64,000 nt of DNA from Psammoneis japonica (lineage: Eukaryota): positions 1 through 64,000 of the forward strand of contig QPGO01000067.1 in NCBI GenBank assembly GCA_008632985.1, in the 5' to 3' direction. Below are positions 51,267 through 61,747 of this stretch, one piece after another. The notes beneath the pieces are model-generated. The model was not told where the DNA came from. It saw only the letters and a list, made by a program, of their open reading frames with translations, and searched no databases. How positions within the stretch are numbered: position 1 is the first letter of the stretch; the number at the start of each line of letters is the position of its first letter. The translations under genes and the position numbers were made by a program.

Positions 51267-52621
51267 TTGCCAATCCATTCTTGTTCCTTCATGGGAAAAT
51301 GCAGCGGCTGGAGTGGGGTTTCTGTCATTGGAGCCAGTCGCCGGCCTTGTCTTTGACGCACTGGGCACAGCAGAAGAGCTGCACCTCCCTGACATCCTCC
51401 TTGCTTCATGGCATTGGCAGTCTTCAAGATCCAAGCTTGTCCCCTTTGCAATTCAGACATTGTGTTGGCACTCAGTGCAATGTTCAAGATGTGCTTCAGA
51501 TTCATCTGATGCTTGGTCATCAAGCAGAGAGTTGAAGAGCCTGATCAGCAAACAAAGAAGAAGCAGCACATGAGAGGAGGCAGCACGGAAAGAGCTGCAG
51601 GGGTGGGAGCAAAGAATGGGTGCACAGGACAGCACACGGGGTGTTTTAAAGAAGGGGCAGGAGATGCATCAGTGCAGCCAAAGTTTGAAGAGAAAGTGGA
51701 GAGCATGGGCAGAAAGATGATGAACAACGTTGCAGCTGAGAGTTTGGGTGGCCCAATGAGAAGGAGCAGAGGAGTGGCAAGAGGAGCCAAAATGGTCAGC
51801 AGTGATTTGATGCCAGGCAAAGTCAGCCGAGCACAACACACAATGCATGGCGGCCAAAGTGAGAGCATGAGAGAAGGCAACATGGGAAGGGTCAGAGCCT
51901 TGGAAAGCAGAGGACCAAGTTAGACCAGGGAGGCTTGGGCTGGGAGCAGAGACCAGGGGGGAAGGAGCCAAAAAGGAGTCGATGGAGAAAGAAGCCAAGA
52001 CCACCAAGGTGATCAACAGGAAAAGGAAGGAAGAAGATCCCATCATCACAAAGAAACTGAATGGTGAGGGGGGAGAAGCCATTGTTGGAAGAGGAGGCAG
52101 CAGGTCCAAGAAACTTCAACCTCATGCTTGCTTTGTGTGCTTCAGTTGGAGCTGGACAAGAAGGGTCAGGCAGACCAGGAAGAGGGTGAGGGGGAGCTTT
52201 GGAAATGGTGACATCACAACAGCAATGCAGTGATGATGGGAAGGGTGGCAATGGAAGCAAGAGGAGGAGTGGTGATGCCAACATCAGCTGGGCAAAGGAG
52301 GGGGCAGTTCAGAAGGAGATTCACAGGTTCAAGATGAACGTCGCCAGGGTGTGTGTTGCACAGTTCAGCAAGAGGACCCAAGGTTTGGGTGATGACAAAA
52401 ACTGCATCTCGGATGCCGTTGGACAACAGGAGCCCAGATTTGTGGTTGCCTTTGCAAGCAAAGGCATGATCACTGCAGGTGTTGAGGGCAGCATGGCTGC
52501 AGGGGCACGGGGTGCCAACAAGCAATGGAGGCAGCACAGGGAGGCAAAGCTTGCGTTGGGCAGCAATGGTGCACTCATCAGAAGCAATGTGAGTGGCATG
52601 GGAGCAGTGGGAGAATGAGCA

Positions 52622-53810
52622 AAGTGGGAGACTGGTGGTGAGAGGAGACAGAAGGGAAGGCAAAAAAGAGCGCATCTGCCACATCAATGACATGGATGAA
52701 ACCAACAGACTTTCTGCAGCCGAAACACTGCAGGACTCAATTTTGTGTTGACACCTTCTGCACCATCCAGGCAATCTGCTAAAACACGTGACATGGTTCG
52801 ATTTTGACAGGAATGGGCAAACTCTGTGATCCAGTGTTTGTCAAAGCTCATGACTGAAAAGTTTTATTTCAGTCTTGCCTTTGCTGCATGTTTCAGCAAA
52901 AGCTGAGTCGTGCATGACCAACAATGCACGTTTCAGCAATTTCTGAAACCTGCTGCATGTTTCAGCAGACTCTGCTGCAACCTGCCATGTTTCAGCAATT
53001 GCCAATGCCAACTGCATCAGATGCCCATTTGGGGCCCACATGTGGGCCGTAAGATTTTTTTTTGGCCCATGTGAGGGCCGCAAATTTTTTCAAATCTTCA
53101 ACGACAGAGACAGCTCATGAACAGACCCCCCACAGTCAAATTTTCCACACCCGAAAACACAGGAATCGGCACTCCAGCTGTTAAAAAAGTCCCACTGGTT
53201 GTTGTTGTGGCCTCTAAAATGTGCTTGCATTTTTGCGCAATTTTCCGCCAATTTCTCCCTCCACCATGGTGGACCCTGGGCTGGCCCCGCCGGTGAAGGA
53301 TGTTTGCTCCAGCAACCTTGGACACCTGACAACCTCATTGGGGAAATGCCAGATGTGTCAGAATTGCTTGCAGTGGGAATGGACATGCCTTTTTCACTTG
53401 TTCAAGACATGCCGCGAAACCCGGAATTGCACTCTGCTGCCAAAGCACCCTCTGCTCCCGCACATGCCCCCCCTCCAAGTCTTCCTGTGGAGCCACCAGT
53501 GTGGCCAAGAGAGCTCGGGTGCAATTCAGCTTTGCCAAACAAAAGTTGATTGTTTCTGACATGAAGCACTTGCATCCTCAATGCCAGCTGCTGCACTCCG
53601 CAAAGGAAAGCATCGCCGGGGCATCAACGAAGGTGTGGAGTCAGCCATCTGTCTTGTTTTTGTCCCGAAGCAAGTGCTGGGAGACTGGTGGTGAGAGGAG
53701 ACAGAAGGGAAGGTAAAAAAAAATGCATCTGCCACATCAATGACATCGAAACCAACAGGCTTTCTACAGCCGAAACGCTGAGGGACTCAATTTTTGTTGG
53801 CATCTTCTGT
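52622..53810 (+). repeat. ~140-bp direct repeat (~52622-52760 and ~53672-53810) at the right border of the repeat domain
   Basis: gggagactggtggtgagaggagacagaagggaagg..ggactcaattt occurs twice. Confidence 0.85.
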
Positions 53811-54260
53811 GTGAGCCTGTGTTCTGCTTACCGGCAGGGCCTACGTACGTACGTCACAACCGAAGGCCGAAGAACGAGCTCAGCGAGCGCGAGAAGGTGT
53901 GCGCGAAACACGCGCGAGTCGCGAGTCCACGTCGGAGGGAGTTTCGAGAAAGGCCAAAAAAAGTCAAAGGACAATGGTCAAAATGCCGCGCCTTTGTCCT
54001 TCAGAGCGTTATAGGTGAATGCGCTGAGGCGAAACGGTGTTATCAAAACTCGGAGAAACTTCTAAAAGAGAAAAACCCACTCCGATGCCATGGAGATTTA
54101 GGAAGCCATGTCGCACGTGATCGTTGCGTGATGGGGTTTGAGAAAAAGTGGGCTTCGCGTCGGTCAAGTTTCGTCGAAGCGATGAGAAGCGCGGTGCATT
54201 GTTGCCATAAAACGAACCGCATGTTATGCGTATCTCCGTATTCCATCAACCAAACAACAA

Positions 54261-55412
54261 ATGGCTTCAATAACCCTCCCCGCCACCATGTGCGCCGTTC
54301 AAGGCAACGACTATGGTGATCCCGATCAGGTGATTAGTGTTAAGGACGGCGTTCCCGTTCCTTGTCTTGACGTTCTTCCGGACAAAGGAATTTTCGGTCC
54401 ATACGGCCCATTTGTTATTGTCAAGGTCCTCTCCGTTGCTCTGTCTCCAGGTGATTGGAGAACGCTTTCAGGCAAGACTAAGAACGTGCAAGGACCCGCT
54501 AGCTTTCCTTATGTTCCCGGTGGCGATCTCTGCGGTATTGTCGTTGCCACACCAGAGAATGCAGAAGAGCTGAAAATTCCTTTCAAGGTTGGTGATCGTA
54601 TTGCAGCTCGCTTTACAGGAAGTGGGCCGAAGGGTGCACTGGGTGAATTTGCACTTGTTGATACCACCATTGCAGACAAGGTGCCAGACTCAGTTTCATC
54701 TGATGGGGCGGCCGCCCTTGCCAGTGCATCCTTTGCTGTCCCACTTGCGGATTGGATTAAAGAAGGAGACGAGCGTGTTCTCATATTGGGAGCTGGAGGT
54801 GGACTTGGAAGTCATCTATGCCAGCTCATTCGCGAAAGAGGCGCCTCTTATGTCGTTGGAGTATCCTGCTCGCCCGAAAGACTCCTCAAGGCTCCTCTGT
54901 CCTACGACGAAGCAGTTGATTACACAAAAGAGGACGTTTTTGACAAGGAAGCGTTTAAGAACAAACCCTTTGACGTAATCATTGACCTCTCCGGCGGAGG
55001 GTGGAAGCGCCTCTATCAGGACTCGTCCAGAAATCTGCCGCTCATTGTCAAACCTGCTTCTCAAGGAGGCCGATACATCACTCCCATTATCTCCGATGAG
55101 CCCATACTTGAAGTTTCTTCCATGGCGGGCTTCCTCTGGAAAATCATTCATCCTTCTCTTGCACGTGCAATTTGGACCAGAGTTTGGACAAGGTCCAAGC
55201 TTCCGTCGTATTCATTCGCTGTTCTCGGGCCTGAGGAACGTTCCGTCATTACAAAAACTCTCGCGTTAGCTGAGGAAGGAAAGCTCGTACCAGTTATGGA
55301 TTCTCGTGGTCCTTTTCCATTCACGACAGAGGGCGTGCGGGGCTCTTTTTGCGCAATCCAGAGCCGACACAATCAAGGAAAAGTCGTGGTTCGTGTCGCC
55401 AACCAGGAGTAG
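54261..55412 (+). CDS. MDR-superfamily NAD(P)H quinone oxidoreductase-like protein
   Basis: P.VPGGDLCGIVV, FKVGDRI, GALGEFA, VLILGAGGGLGS (Rossmann fold), AVDYTK, C-terminal GKVVV. Confidence 0.9.
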   Translation: MASITLPATMCAVQGNDYGDPDQVISVKDGVPVPCLDVLPDKGIFGPYGPFVIVKVLSVALSPGDWRTLSGKTKNVQGPASFPYVPGGDLCGIVVATPENAEELKIPFKVGDRIAARFTGSGPKGALGEFALVDTTIADKVPDSVSSDGAAALASASFAVPLADWIKEGDERVLILGAGGGLGSHLCQLIRERGASYVVGVSCSPERLLKAPLSYDEAVDYTKEDVFDKEAFKNKPFDVIIDLSGGGWKRLYQDSSRNLPLIVKPASQGGRYITPIISDEPILEVSSMAGFLWKIIHPSLARAIWTRVWTRSKLPSYSFAVLGPEERSVITKTLALAEEGKLVPVMDSRGPFPFTTEGVRGSFCAIQSRHNQGKVVVRVANQE

Positions 55413-55637
55413 TCTATCCTTGTCTTTCTAGTTTCCAGGAAACCTTGTGGTAGTACTCAATGTTCGATTGTGTCTAGAAGATAGTGAACGGAATTGTGTT
55501 GCAAGTGAATTAGCACGCGACCCAATGCAGTGTGCTGTAAACAAAGGCGGCGAATGTAATTGAAATATGTAATATTTGTTTCTTGTGCGGTACTACCGTA
55601 GCTTGGCAATTAGCGCGGGTTTCGATCTGACGTTTCT

Positions 55638-56468
55638 TCAGAAGAAGAACTCACAGAAAGCCTCGTCCAGCGAATCTCTCGATTCCAACAAGTCACAAAG
55701 TATTCTCCACAAAATACGAGGGAACGAACGTGCTTCAACTTGATCACTGACGCGGTGTTCGTCTGATGCTTCCGTTTCATTGTTTGGAGGTGCACTGCTC
55801 TTTTCCATGATTTGTTTTGATTCCGAAAACATGTCGGATCTGCAATACGGACACGTCGATTGCTTTTGTAACCACTGTGTGATACACTGCTTATGAAACA
55901 AATGATGACAACTCCTTCCACTGCTGACGGTATCATTTTCATCTAGAGGTACGGTATGAAGAGCAACGATGAAATGAATGAGCGAATCAATAAAGGCGTT
56001 GAAAAAACGAGAACAGCAAACTCGTACGGACTGCTTACCAAATTCACCTAAACAAATACAACAGCACGTGTCATCGTGGTACACGTCTGTTTCAGCAGAG
56101 CAGCCCCACATATCATTCTGTATCTGGCGCTCCGTTTCTTCCAGAGAATACGGTCGAGTGCTCAGCGCTTGTTCGATTCGCTCATTGCGATCTCGCCTGG
56201 ATGAATCGAAGTCGGAGTCCCAGTAATCCATGTAGGAGCCGCTGGAGAATTGAGAATAGAAAGAAACGTGTGCATACCAGGCAGCCACCTTGCACAGACC
56301 CATAATTAACACTTCGCTTGCCATAAAGGCTAGCAGAACGACGCCAATGGAAACCGAGAATCCCTGATCAGGTGGGGTCTGTTCGCAGGGACATTCTTCT
56401 GGAGGTTTCTCGCTGTCGCAGTATTCATTTGCTAACTCGTGAAGCCCTGCCGTAAAAATAATACTCAT
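55638..56468 (-). CDS. Membrane-anchored RING-H2 E3 ubiquitin ligase with a 96-nt in-frame intron (55943-56038)
   Basis: N-terminal TM helix; splicing GTAAG..CTAG gives CCICLGEFDEND..CHHLFHKQCITQWL..CPYCR. Confidence 0.85.
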   Translation of the reverse strand: MSIIFTAGLHELANEYCDSEKPPEECPCEQTPPDQGFSVSIGVVLLAFMASEVLIMGLCKVAAWYAHVSFYSQFSSGSYMDYWDSDFDSSRRDRNERIEQALSTRPYSLEETERQIQNDMWGCSAETDVYHDDTCCCICLGEFGKQSVRVCCSRFFNAFIDSLIHFIVALHTVPLDENDTVSSGRSCHHLFHKQCITQWLQKQSTCPYCRSDMFSESKQIMEKSSAPPNNETEASDEHRVSDQVEARSFPRILWRILCDLLESRDSLDEAFCEFFF

Positions 56469-56923
56469 TGTGGGATATGCTTGTAGCGACTTTCTTCTCT
56501 TTTTAACACAGTTAGTTTAGTCACTTGACAGCAGCTTGACACTTGATTGAGGAATTCGGTATTGTGTTTACCTTCCCTGCACAGCTCAAGCTGTTTTTTG
56601 TTTGCACTTCATTCGCCCCTCCTTGCTCTTGGAGGGAATTCTTCGGCACAGAGGGCAATAGTCATATTTTATTCATCTACGCATCCTTAGCTTGTTCAAT
56701 ACCTTTATGTTATTGTGTCTGTAGGTTAGAAACTCTCTGAAAGGATGATAGTGGTTGACACTCATTTTCGTCGACAGTTGAGTTTGCGTCATGATGACAT
56801 CAGCCGACCGTTCAGGCCTTTCGGGAGAAAAGCGCCTCACAATTTGCCCGTATTATCATTTTGGAACAAATGCGAACGGAGCAGCCCCAATGCACTTTGC
56901 AGAGATAGACGCAGCACACTACC

Positions 56924-57280
56924 ATGAGCTTGAATGACAGTAATAACACAGAAAACGCAACTCTTACAAGAGTAAGAGAGCGGCAATGGATGTACCTGGG
57001 ACCCATCATGGCTGCTCCCATTGCGCACATTTGTGTGACGCTTTACAAGGATGCAAAGACACCCCGACAAAAGCAGTTGCTTCTTGGCGTTGGTGTGGTG
57101 GGATCTACAGTAATGACGATTGGAATGCGCTTGTACCTCATGCATCATGCAGGTTATGCAGGGTCTCATCATGCTGATTGCAGTTCCAGAGAAAAACTCG
57201 TCACGATGGAAGAGAAACGCCGAATGGAAAATCCAACAGCCACAGACGTTGTGGCTGGGGCATTTAGAGGTTTTGGGTAG
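56924..57280 (+). CDS. Small hypothetical membrane protein (118 aa)
   Basis: ATG in accATG context, two hydrophobic segments, fits between neighbouring genes. Confidence 0.65.
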   Translation: MSLNDSNNTENATLTRVRERQWMYLGPIMAAPIAHICVTLYKDAKTPRQKQLLLGVGVVGSTVMTIGMRLYLMHHAGYAGSHHADCSSREKLVTMEEKRRMENPTATDVVAGAFRGFG

Positions 57281-57337
57281 AATGAGATCTCGGATTTTAA
57301 GGGAGTACTGATGCTAGCATACAAGTAGTATACAAAC

Positions 57338-57455
57338 AGAGCCAACAATTTGGTTTTACCATGTTTAACAATTAGAGTTACAAGACCTCCATGCTATAGT
57401 AGTATTTTGAATAAATAGAGCCAACAATTTGGTTGTACCATGTTTAACAATTAGA
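57338..57455. repeat. ~39-bp direct repeat between two convergent 3' ends
   Basis: agagccaacaatttggttKtaccatgtttaacaattaga at ~57338 and ~57417. Confidence 0.8.
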
Positions 57456-57484
57456 TGCATAATATCCACATATTGCTGTTTCTC

Positions 57485-59041
57485 CTATTCGTTTCTCCGA
57501 TCCTCTGCTTCCTTGGCAAGAGCGACTGCAGTCGAAACGGCAGCGGAAATAGCAGAGACGGCACGCTGTCGGTTTGTTGGCATTCGAGCCGCATAAACAG
57601 CCCTTCTGGCAGCGCCAGTAAGAGTTCCAGCTAGTGTTCCAGGGGCGACACCGTCATCTACACCGAGCCCGTGACTTCCTAAACTCAGCCCCAACGTACC
57701 GGGACTCAGTCCCATCTTCTCCACTACCGACGAGCTACCAATCGCGTCAAGGACATCATCAGCCGCTCCGAGAACCTCTCCAGCTGTATCTAGTATTGGC
57801 GCGAACAAAGGTGCGAATGGGCCTTTTGCCGGCGCAAGCACTGCTGCGTTGGGGCCGCCGAGGGTGAGCATGCTTCCCAAATCTTGGTATTGAAAAATCT
57901 CGACTGGTGCTTTGCTTTCAGAAGATGATGCCTTGAGCTGTGAAAGTACATTGCTGGCCACGGTTTCCGCTTGTTGCATGGCAGCTTGCGCTGTTCTTGG
58001 TACCTTCGGCTGACCGTCGGGCATGCTTACAATTTCAGAACAGTCCCCGAGTGCCCACACCATTGGGTATTTGTTATCGCGGAACGTGCTGTCTTTCCAT
58101 ATACAACGAAGTGATGAGTCTATAGCTAATCGCCCTGTTTCGCTCTTCATCAATTCATCGAGTCCTCCCGATACTGGAGACGCGGCAGCCGATCCAGCTG
58201 TCCACAAAACGGCATCACATGTAGTTTGGTAACCATTGTCTCCCTTTACAATGAACTTGTCGCCTCCATCCACATCAATGGATTGTACAGAGCAGTCATC
58301 CACTCTGACACCTAGTCGCTGTAACGCTTTGTCTACCAGCGGTTCTGCGCGGGTACCTGCCATTGGAGCACCTCGGCTGAGGAGGCTGACTTGCGAATCG
58401 GGTAGCCGACGTTGAACACTCGCTGCCAACTCCACACCACCATACCCACCCCCAACTACTGCAATATGTGCATGCTCCTTCTCTAAACTATTCAGCAAAG
58501 ATTGCGTCTCTCTTGCGTCCTCTTTCGTATAAAAGGGTTGTGCATAATCAGATGCGCCGGGTACAGAGCTCATGATGGATTGCGGAGTAGCGCCGACGGC
58601 AAGCACAGATGCGCGAGTACTCAGGGAATCGTCTGATGACAGATCCAGAACCTCGCAATCTTTATCCTTGAAAGATTCAAAGCTAGCCTTGACATGCCTA
58701 ACCCCTGTGCCCTGCAATAAATCATCGTATTTTGGACAAACTTCCGCTTCCGAGGCTGTACCGACGGCCAAGTCGTAAAGCAAGGGCAAAAAGACAAAAC
58801 TGTCCGAGTCGTCCACCAGAGCCACATCCAAATCTAACTTCTGAAGACGAGATTCGCGGGATATCGCCAGAGCAGTGTATAGACCCCCAAAGCCTCCTCC
58901 AACGACTGCCACGTCGCAACTTGCAGCAAGAGATGAGGAAGGTCGCCGCGGCGACTGCGTGGTTGGAACAAAAGCCTTTGCCACAAAAATATAAGCATGG
59001 AAAAGATAAACGAGGCCAGTGAACCGCATCATTCCTGTCAT
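57485..59041 (-). CDS. NDC1: Plastid-targeted type II NAD(P)H dehydrogenase, NDC1-like
   Basis: Signal peptide plus AKAF-VP; VVGGGFGGLYTAL; FVFLPLLYDL; VVGGGYGGVELAA; WTAG; ALGDC; TAQAAMQQA; FQYQDLGSMLTLG. Confidence 0.85.
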   Translation of the reverse strand: MTGMMRFTGLVYLFHAYIFVAKAFVPTTQSPRRPSSSLAASCDVAVVGGGFGGLYTALAISRESRLQKLDLDVALVDDSDSFVFLPLLYDLAVGTASEAEVCPKYDDLLQGTGVRHVKASFESFKDKDCEVLDLSSDDSLSTRASVLAVGATPQSIMSSVPGASDYAQPFYTKEDARETQSLLNSLEKEHAHIAVVGGGYGGVELAASVQRRLPDSQVSLLSRGAPMAGTRAEPLVDKALQRLGVRVDDCSVQSIDVDGGDKFIVKGDNGYQTTCDAVLWTAGSAAASPVSGGLDELMKSETGRLAIDSSLRCIWKDSTFRDNKYPMVWALGDCSEIVSMPDGQPKVPRTAQAAMQQAETVASNVLSQLKASSSESKAPVEIFQYQDLGSMLTLGGPNAAVLAPAKGPFAPLFAPILDTAGEVLGAADDVLDAIGSSSVVEKMGLSPGTLGLSLGSHGLGVDDGVAPGTLAGTLTGAARRAVYAARMPTNRQRAVSAISAAVSTAVALAKEAEDRRNE

Positions 59042-59477
59042 CTATCTCCCTCGTCTGGGATCGCGTTGTGAGTGCAGTGTTCTTCTGCATCATTGCGAAG
59101 AAGTGAAGAAAGTGAGCGAGATGAGGAGTGAGTCAGTCTCAGTCACGAATGTTGATGTGTGCGTCAGTCACGAACAGAAATCTTGACGGTTGTTCCAAGC
59201 TAGGAAGAGAAGATGATTCCTACTGTACCGTATTCTCTAAAGTAAGAGAGCTCAGGCGATACGGTAGCTACAATAGAGAGTAGAGGGAGGCTACAACGTA
59301 CCGCGGAACTACATAATGGTAAGCAGAATGCTAGTACTTGTAGGTATGGTGTCTCAGTCACTTTCGATGCATTCTATCTGACACAATCCAAGCAACGATC
59401 ATTTGAAGCAGCAGCTACGTGTGACGCATTGAAGTCCGAAAAGAGATTGGGCGATTCTGACCTTCATAGGTTTTGAT

Positions 59478-61721
59478 TCAAACCGCGCCCCAATCATCGC
59501 CTGCTGCTGGGATCCTTGTGACAATACGCAGCACCCCATGCCGAAATCCCCATTGCCTGAATCGATGAAGACGTCTACCATCCAGCGCAAACTTCCAGCA
59601 AAGTGCGACTGTTGAAACGTTCCCGTTCAAGCACCCAGCCTCGAGAAGCTCGTTGTATAATGTTTCTTCGATATTGTGATCCCACCTTGCAATTCTTTCC
59701 CGTTCCATCAAGGAATTATTGCTCGTGACAGACTCGGATATAGCGGCATCTGGAGCTTCTGGATTAGTCTTATTTTTGTCTGCGACGGCCTCGTTTCCGG
59801 AGCTGTCTTCCGTGGGCTTTACTCCAACAAGATAGTCCTTCAAATCAACAATAACATGGTGCGCCCGAAGCCAAACAGCCATGGAATACACAACCTCTTC
59901 CACGTCTTGGGCTCGCACTACTCCTGGATCAATAGGGCGCAGTTTAGGTGATCCCGCAGCACCGACACTTTTCTCAATCAAACCAGGCGATGCCATTTTG
60001 GCTGCATGATGCTGCTGCTGCTGCTGCCCCAGAGAGGAAACAATTCTGTCACCCATTAATGCAATGGTTTCGTCCTCGTCATCGTCCAAAGACAAGGACA
60101 CGCGCGACATGAGCTCTCCGAGGGTTGCACCGTGCGAGGTAAGGACACTGACCACCAAAAAGATGGACAGGTTCGGGCCAAACTTTTGACAAAAGCTCAG
60201 TGACAAAGCTTGCAGTTTCTTTGGAACAGCATCATGACAACACGCCAAACGAGACGATCGACCCAGCACGGGCGATAGCACGCATATTCGGTGACCAACC
60301 AAGTACCCAGCCAATTCCAATGCCCAGGCGAGGGGCATACCCGCATCGACGGATATCTCACTCAATGATTTGTGTGGATTTACCATGAGCAAAAGTTGTT
60401 CCAATTTCTTTGGTGCTGTCTTTGATGACAAGGGAGTCGACGATGCCATTACAAGATTTTCCAAGCATTCGCCTGGTGAAGCGTGTGGAAACAGAAGTGT
60501 GTGGTACGGGCGAATGACGGGTTTGCTATCCATCATGACCGAAAGTCTCGATGGTAGCGTGGTAGCATCCGTGGTGACAGATGAAAAGGTGACAGAGGCA
60601 CTAGATATAGACTCGATGGGCACAGCCACATGTCGATTGATGTACACAATCCCATCTTGTCCGCTTAGGAGCCCCATGGAAGTCGGTGCGTACAAGTGGT
60701 CGTTCCGTGAGAGGGCATGAAAGGTCTGAGCCAATTCACGAGCCAAGTTCCCATTTAGCGGCTTTGCTGCACCACTGTCCGCTTGTTTCTTTTCCGAATC
60801 ACTATCATCGTGATGAGCTTGAGACGCCAACATGACTTCCACAGCTTCTTGTTCTCGTCCTTGATAATTCAACAGGTTTTGCGTCGAAGTTGTTTCAGTC
60901 CCTGGCTGGTGATCCCCACCACTAACTTGATCCACTATATTTGAAACAATCAACGAACCACTCCCTAGTCGACGATGACGCCCCTTCTTAGCAGTGTCTG
61001 AGGGTGCAGCATTTGTTGCATTTGAAGCAGCACTGCTGCCTGATTTCGTGGTCGTAGCTGGATTGTTCGACGTTGAAGTGGCTGCTGCTGCGGCGGCAGT
61101 AGCTGCATCTGCCTTGGCTCCATCATCACTGAGGCCCAAATCTTTTCTAAGCTTCAAAAAGAGAGAAGATTGAGTCGATACGTACTGGCATCGCCGTTCT
61201 TCTCGTTCCAGAGCACGACATAAACGCCCCATGGATATATGAACTCGTCTTATCGACCGAAAGGACGCTGATGCAAGACGCCCACTTGTGCTTGTTTCCT
61301 TGCTTCCTTCATTCTGCTCTGAACTAGCCAATGCTTCAGCATCAAACCAACCAGAAATGGGAATGGCAGATGTTACCGTGAGTGGCTCCAAGGCAACCAC
61401 GACGCTGAATAGCACGAGGTCCGTGATATCATTATCATCATCTTCCAACAAGACTGCACGGCAACAAAACACTGTCCCTCCCACACTAACCGTCATGGGC
61501 TGTCCGCAGAGAGGCTTTTTGGGACGAAACAGCTTGGCCATGACTCGTGGAGGCAACGTGAAGAACAAATCGTTGAGCTCTTCTTCGTGTTCTTGTTTCT
61601 CTTGACTGTTTTCGTCCACACGAGAAGGAGCAGTTACAGGATACCGGAACGCTAATCTTGCTCCCTTACCCATACCCTCCACCACGAGGGCTATTCCCAA
61701 CACATGAAACGGTGAATTCAT
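59478..61721 (-). CDS. NPRL3: GATOR1 complex subunit NPRL3/Npr3 homologue
   Basis: N-terminal LGIALVV..GARLAFRYP, AKLFRPK..LC, LEREERRCQYVS, LAREL, IRPYHTLL. Confidence 0.8.
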   Translation of the reverse strand: MNSPFHVLGIALVVEGMGKGARLAFRYPVTAPSRVDENSQEKQEHEEELNDLFFTLPPRVMAKLFRPKKPLCGQPMTVSVGGTVFCCRAVLLEDDDNDITDLVLFSVVVALEPLTVTSAIPISGWFDAEALASSEQNEGSKETSTSGRLASASFRSIRRVHISMGRLCRALEREERRCQYVSTQSSLFLKLRKDLGLSDDGAKADAATAAAAAATSTSNNPATTTKSGSSAASNATNAAPSDTAKKGRHRRLGSGSLIVSNIVDQVSGGDHQPGTETTSTQNLLNYQGREQEAVEVMLASQAHHDDSDSEKKQADSGAAKPLNGNLARELAQTFHALSRNDHLYAPTSMGLLSGQDGIVYINRHVAVPIESISSASVTFSSVTTDATTLPSRLSVMMDSKPVIRPYHTLLFPHASPGECLENLVMASSTPLSSKTAPKKLEQLLLMVNPHKSLSEISVDAGMPLAWALELAGYLVGHRICVLSPVLGRSSRLACCHDAVPKKLQALSLSFCQKFGPNLSIFLVVSVLTSHGATLGELMSRVSLSLDDDEDETIALMGDRIVSSLGQQQQQHHAAKMASPGLIEKSVGAAGSPKLRPIDPGVVRAQDVEEVVYSMAVWLRAHHVIVDLKDYLVGVKPTEDSSGNEAVADKNKTNPEAPDAAISESVTSNNSLMERERIARWDHNIEETLYNELLEAGCLNGNVSTVALCWKFALDGRRLHRFRQWGFRHGVLRIVTRIPAAGDDWGAV

Positions 61722-61747
61722 GATGCTCTAACTTACGTCTCAACGGT

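Larger units (their letters stand above)
40159..51835 (+). pseudogene. Hypermutated segmental duplicate of 6834-~10560 (LRR gene with upstream region, introns and downstream region) in three pieces: ~40159-42478, ~47601-48184, ~51267-51835
   Basis: Collinear similarity from actgtgttcacggagtcttgg (6834/40159) to gatttgatgccagg (~10530/~51805), including introns. Confidence 0.95.

Noticed and set aside
371..53735. Hundreds of overlapping Cys/His/Trp-rich ORFs in all six frames
   Set aside because: A by-product of losing TAA/TAG stops and Tyr codons through TpA conversion; not genes.
11814..53810. Classical RIP or simple 5mC deamination
   Set aside because: RIP creates TpA rather than removing it, and CpGs stay intact in young elements that have already lost TpA.
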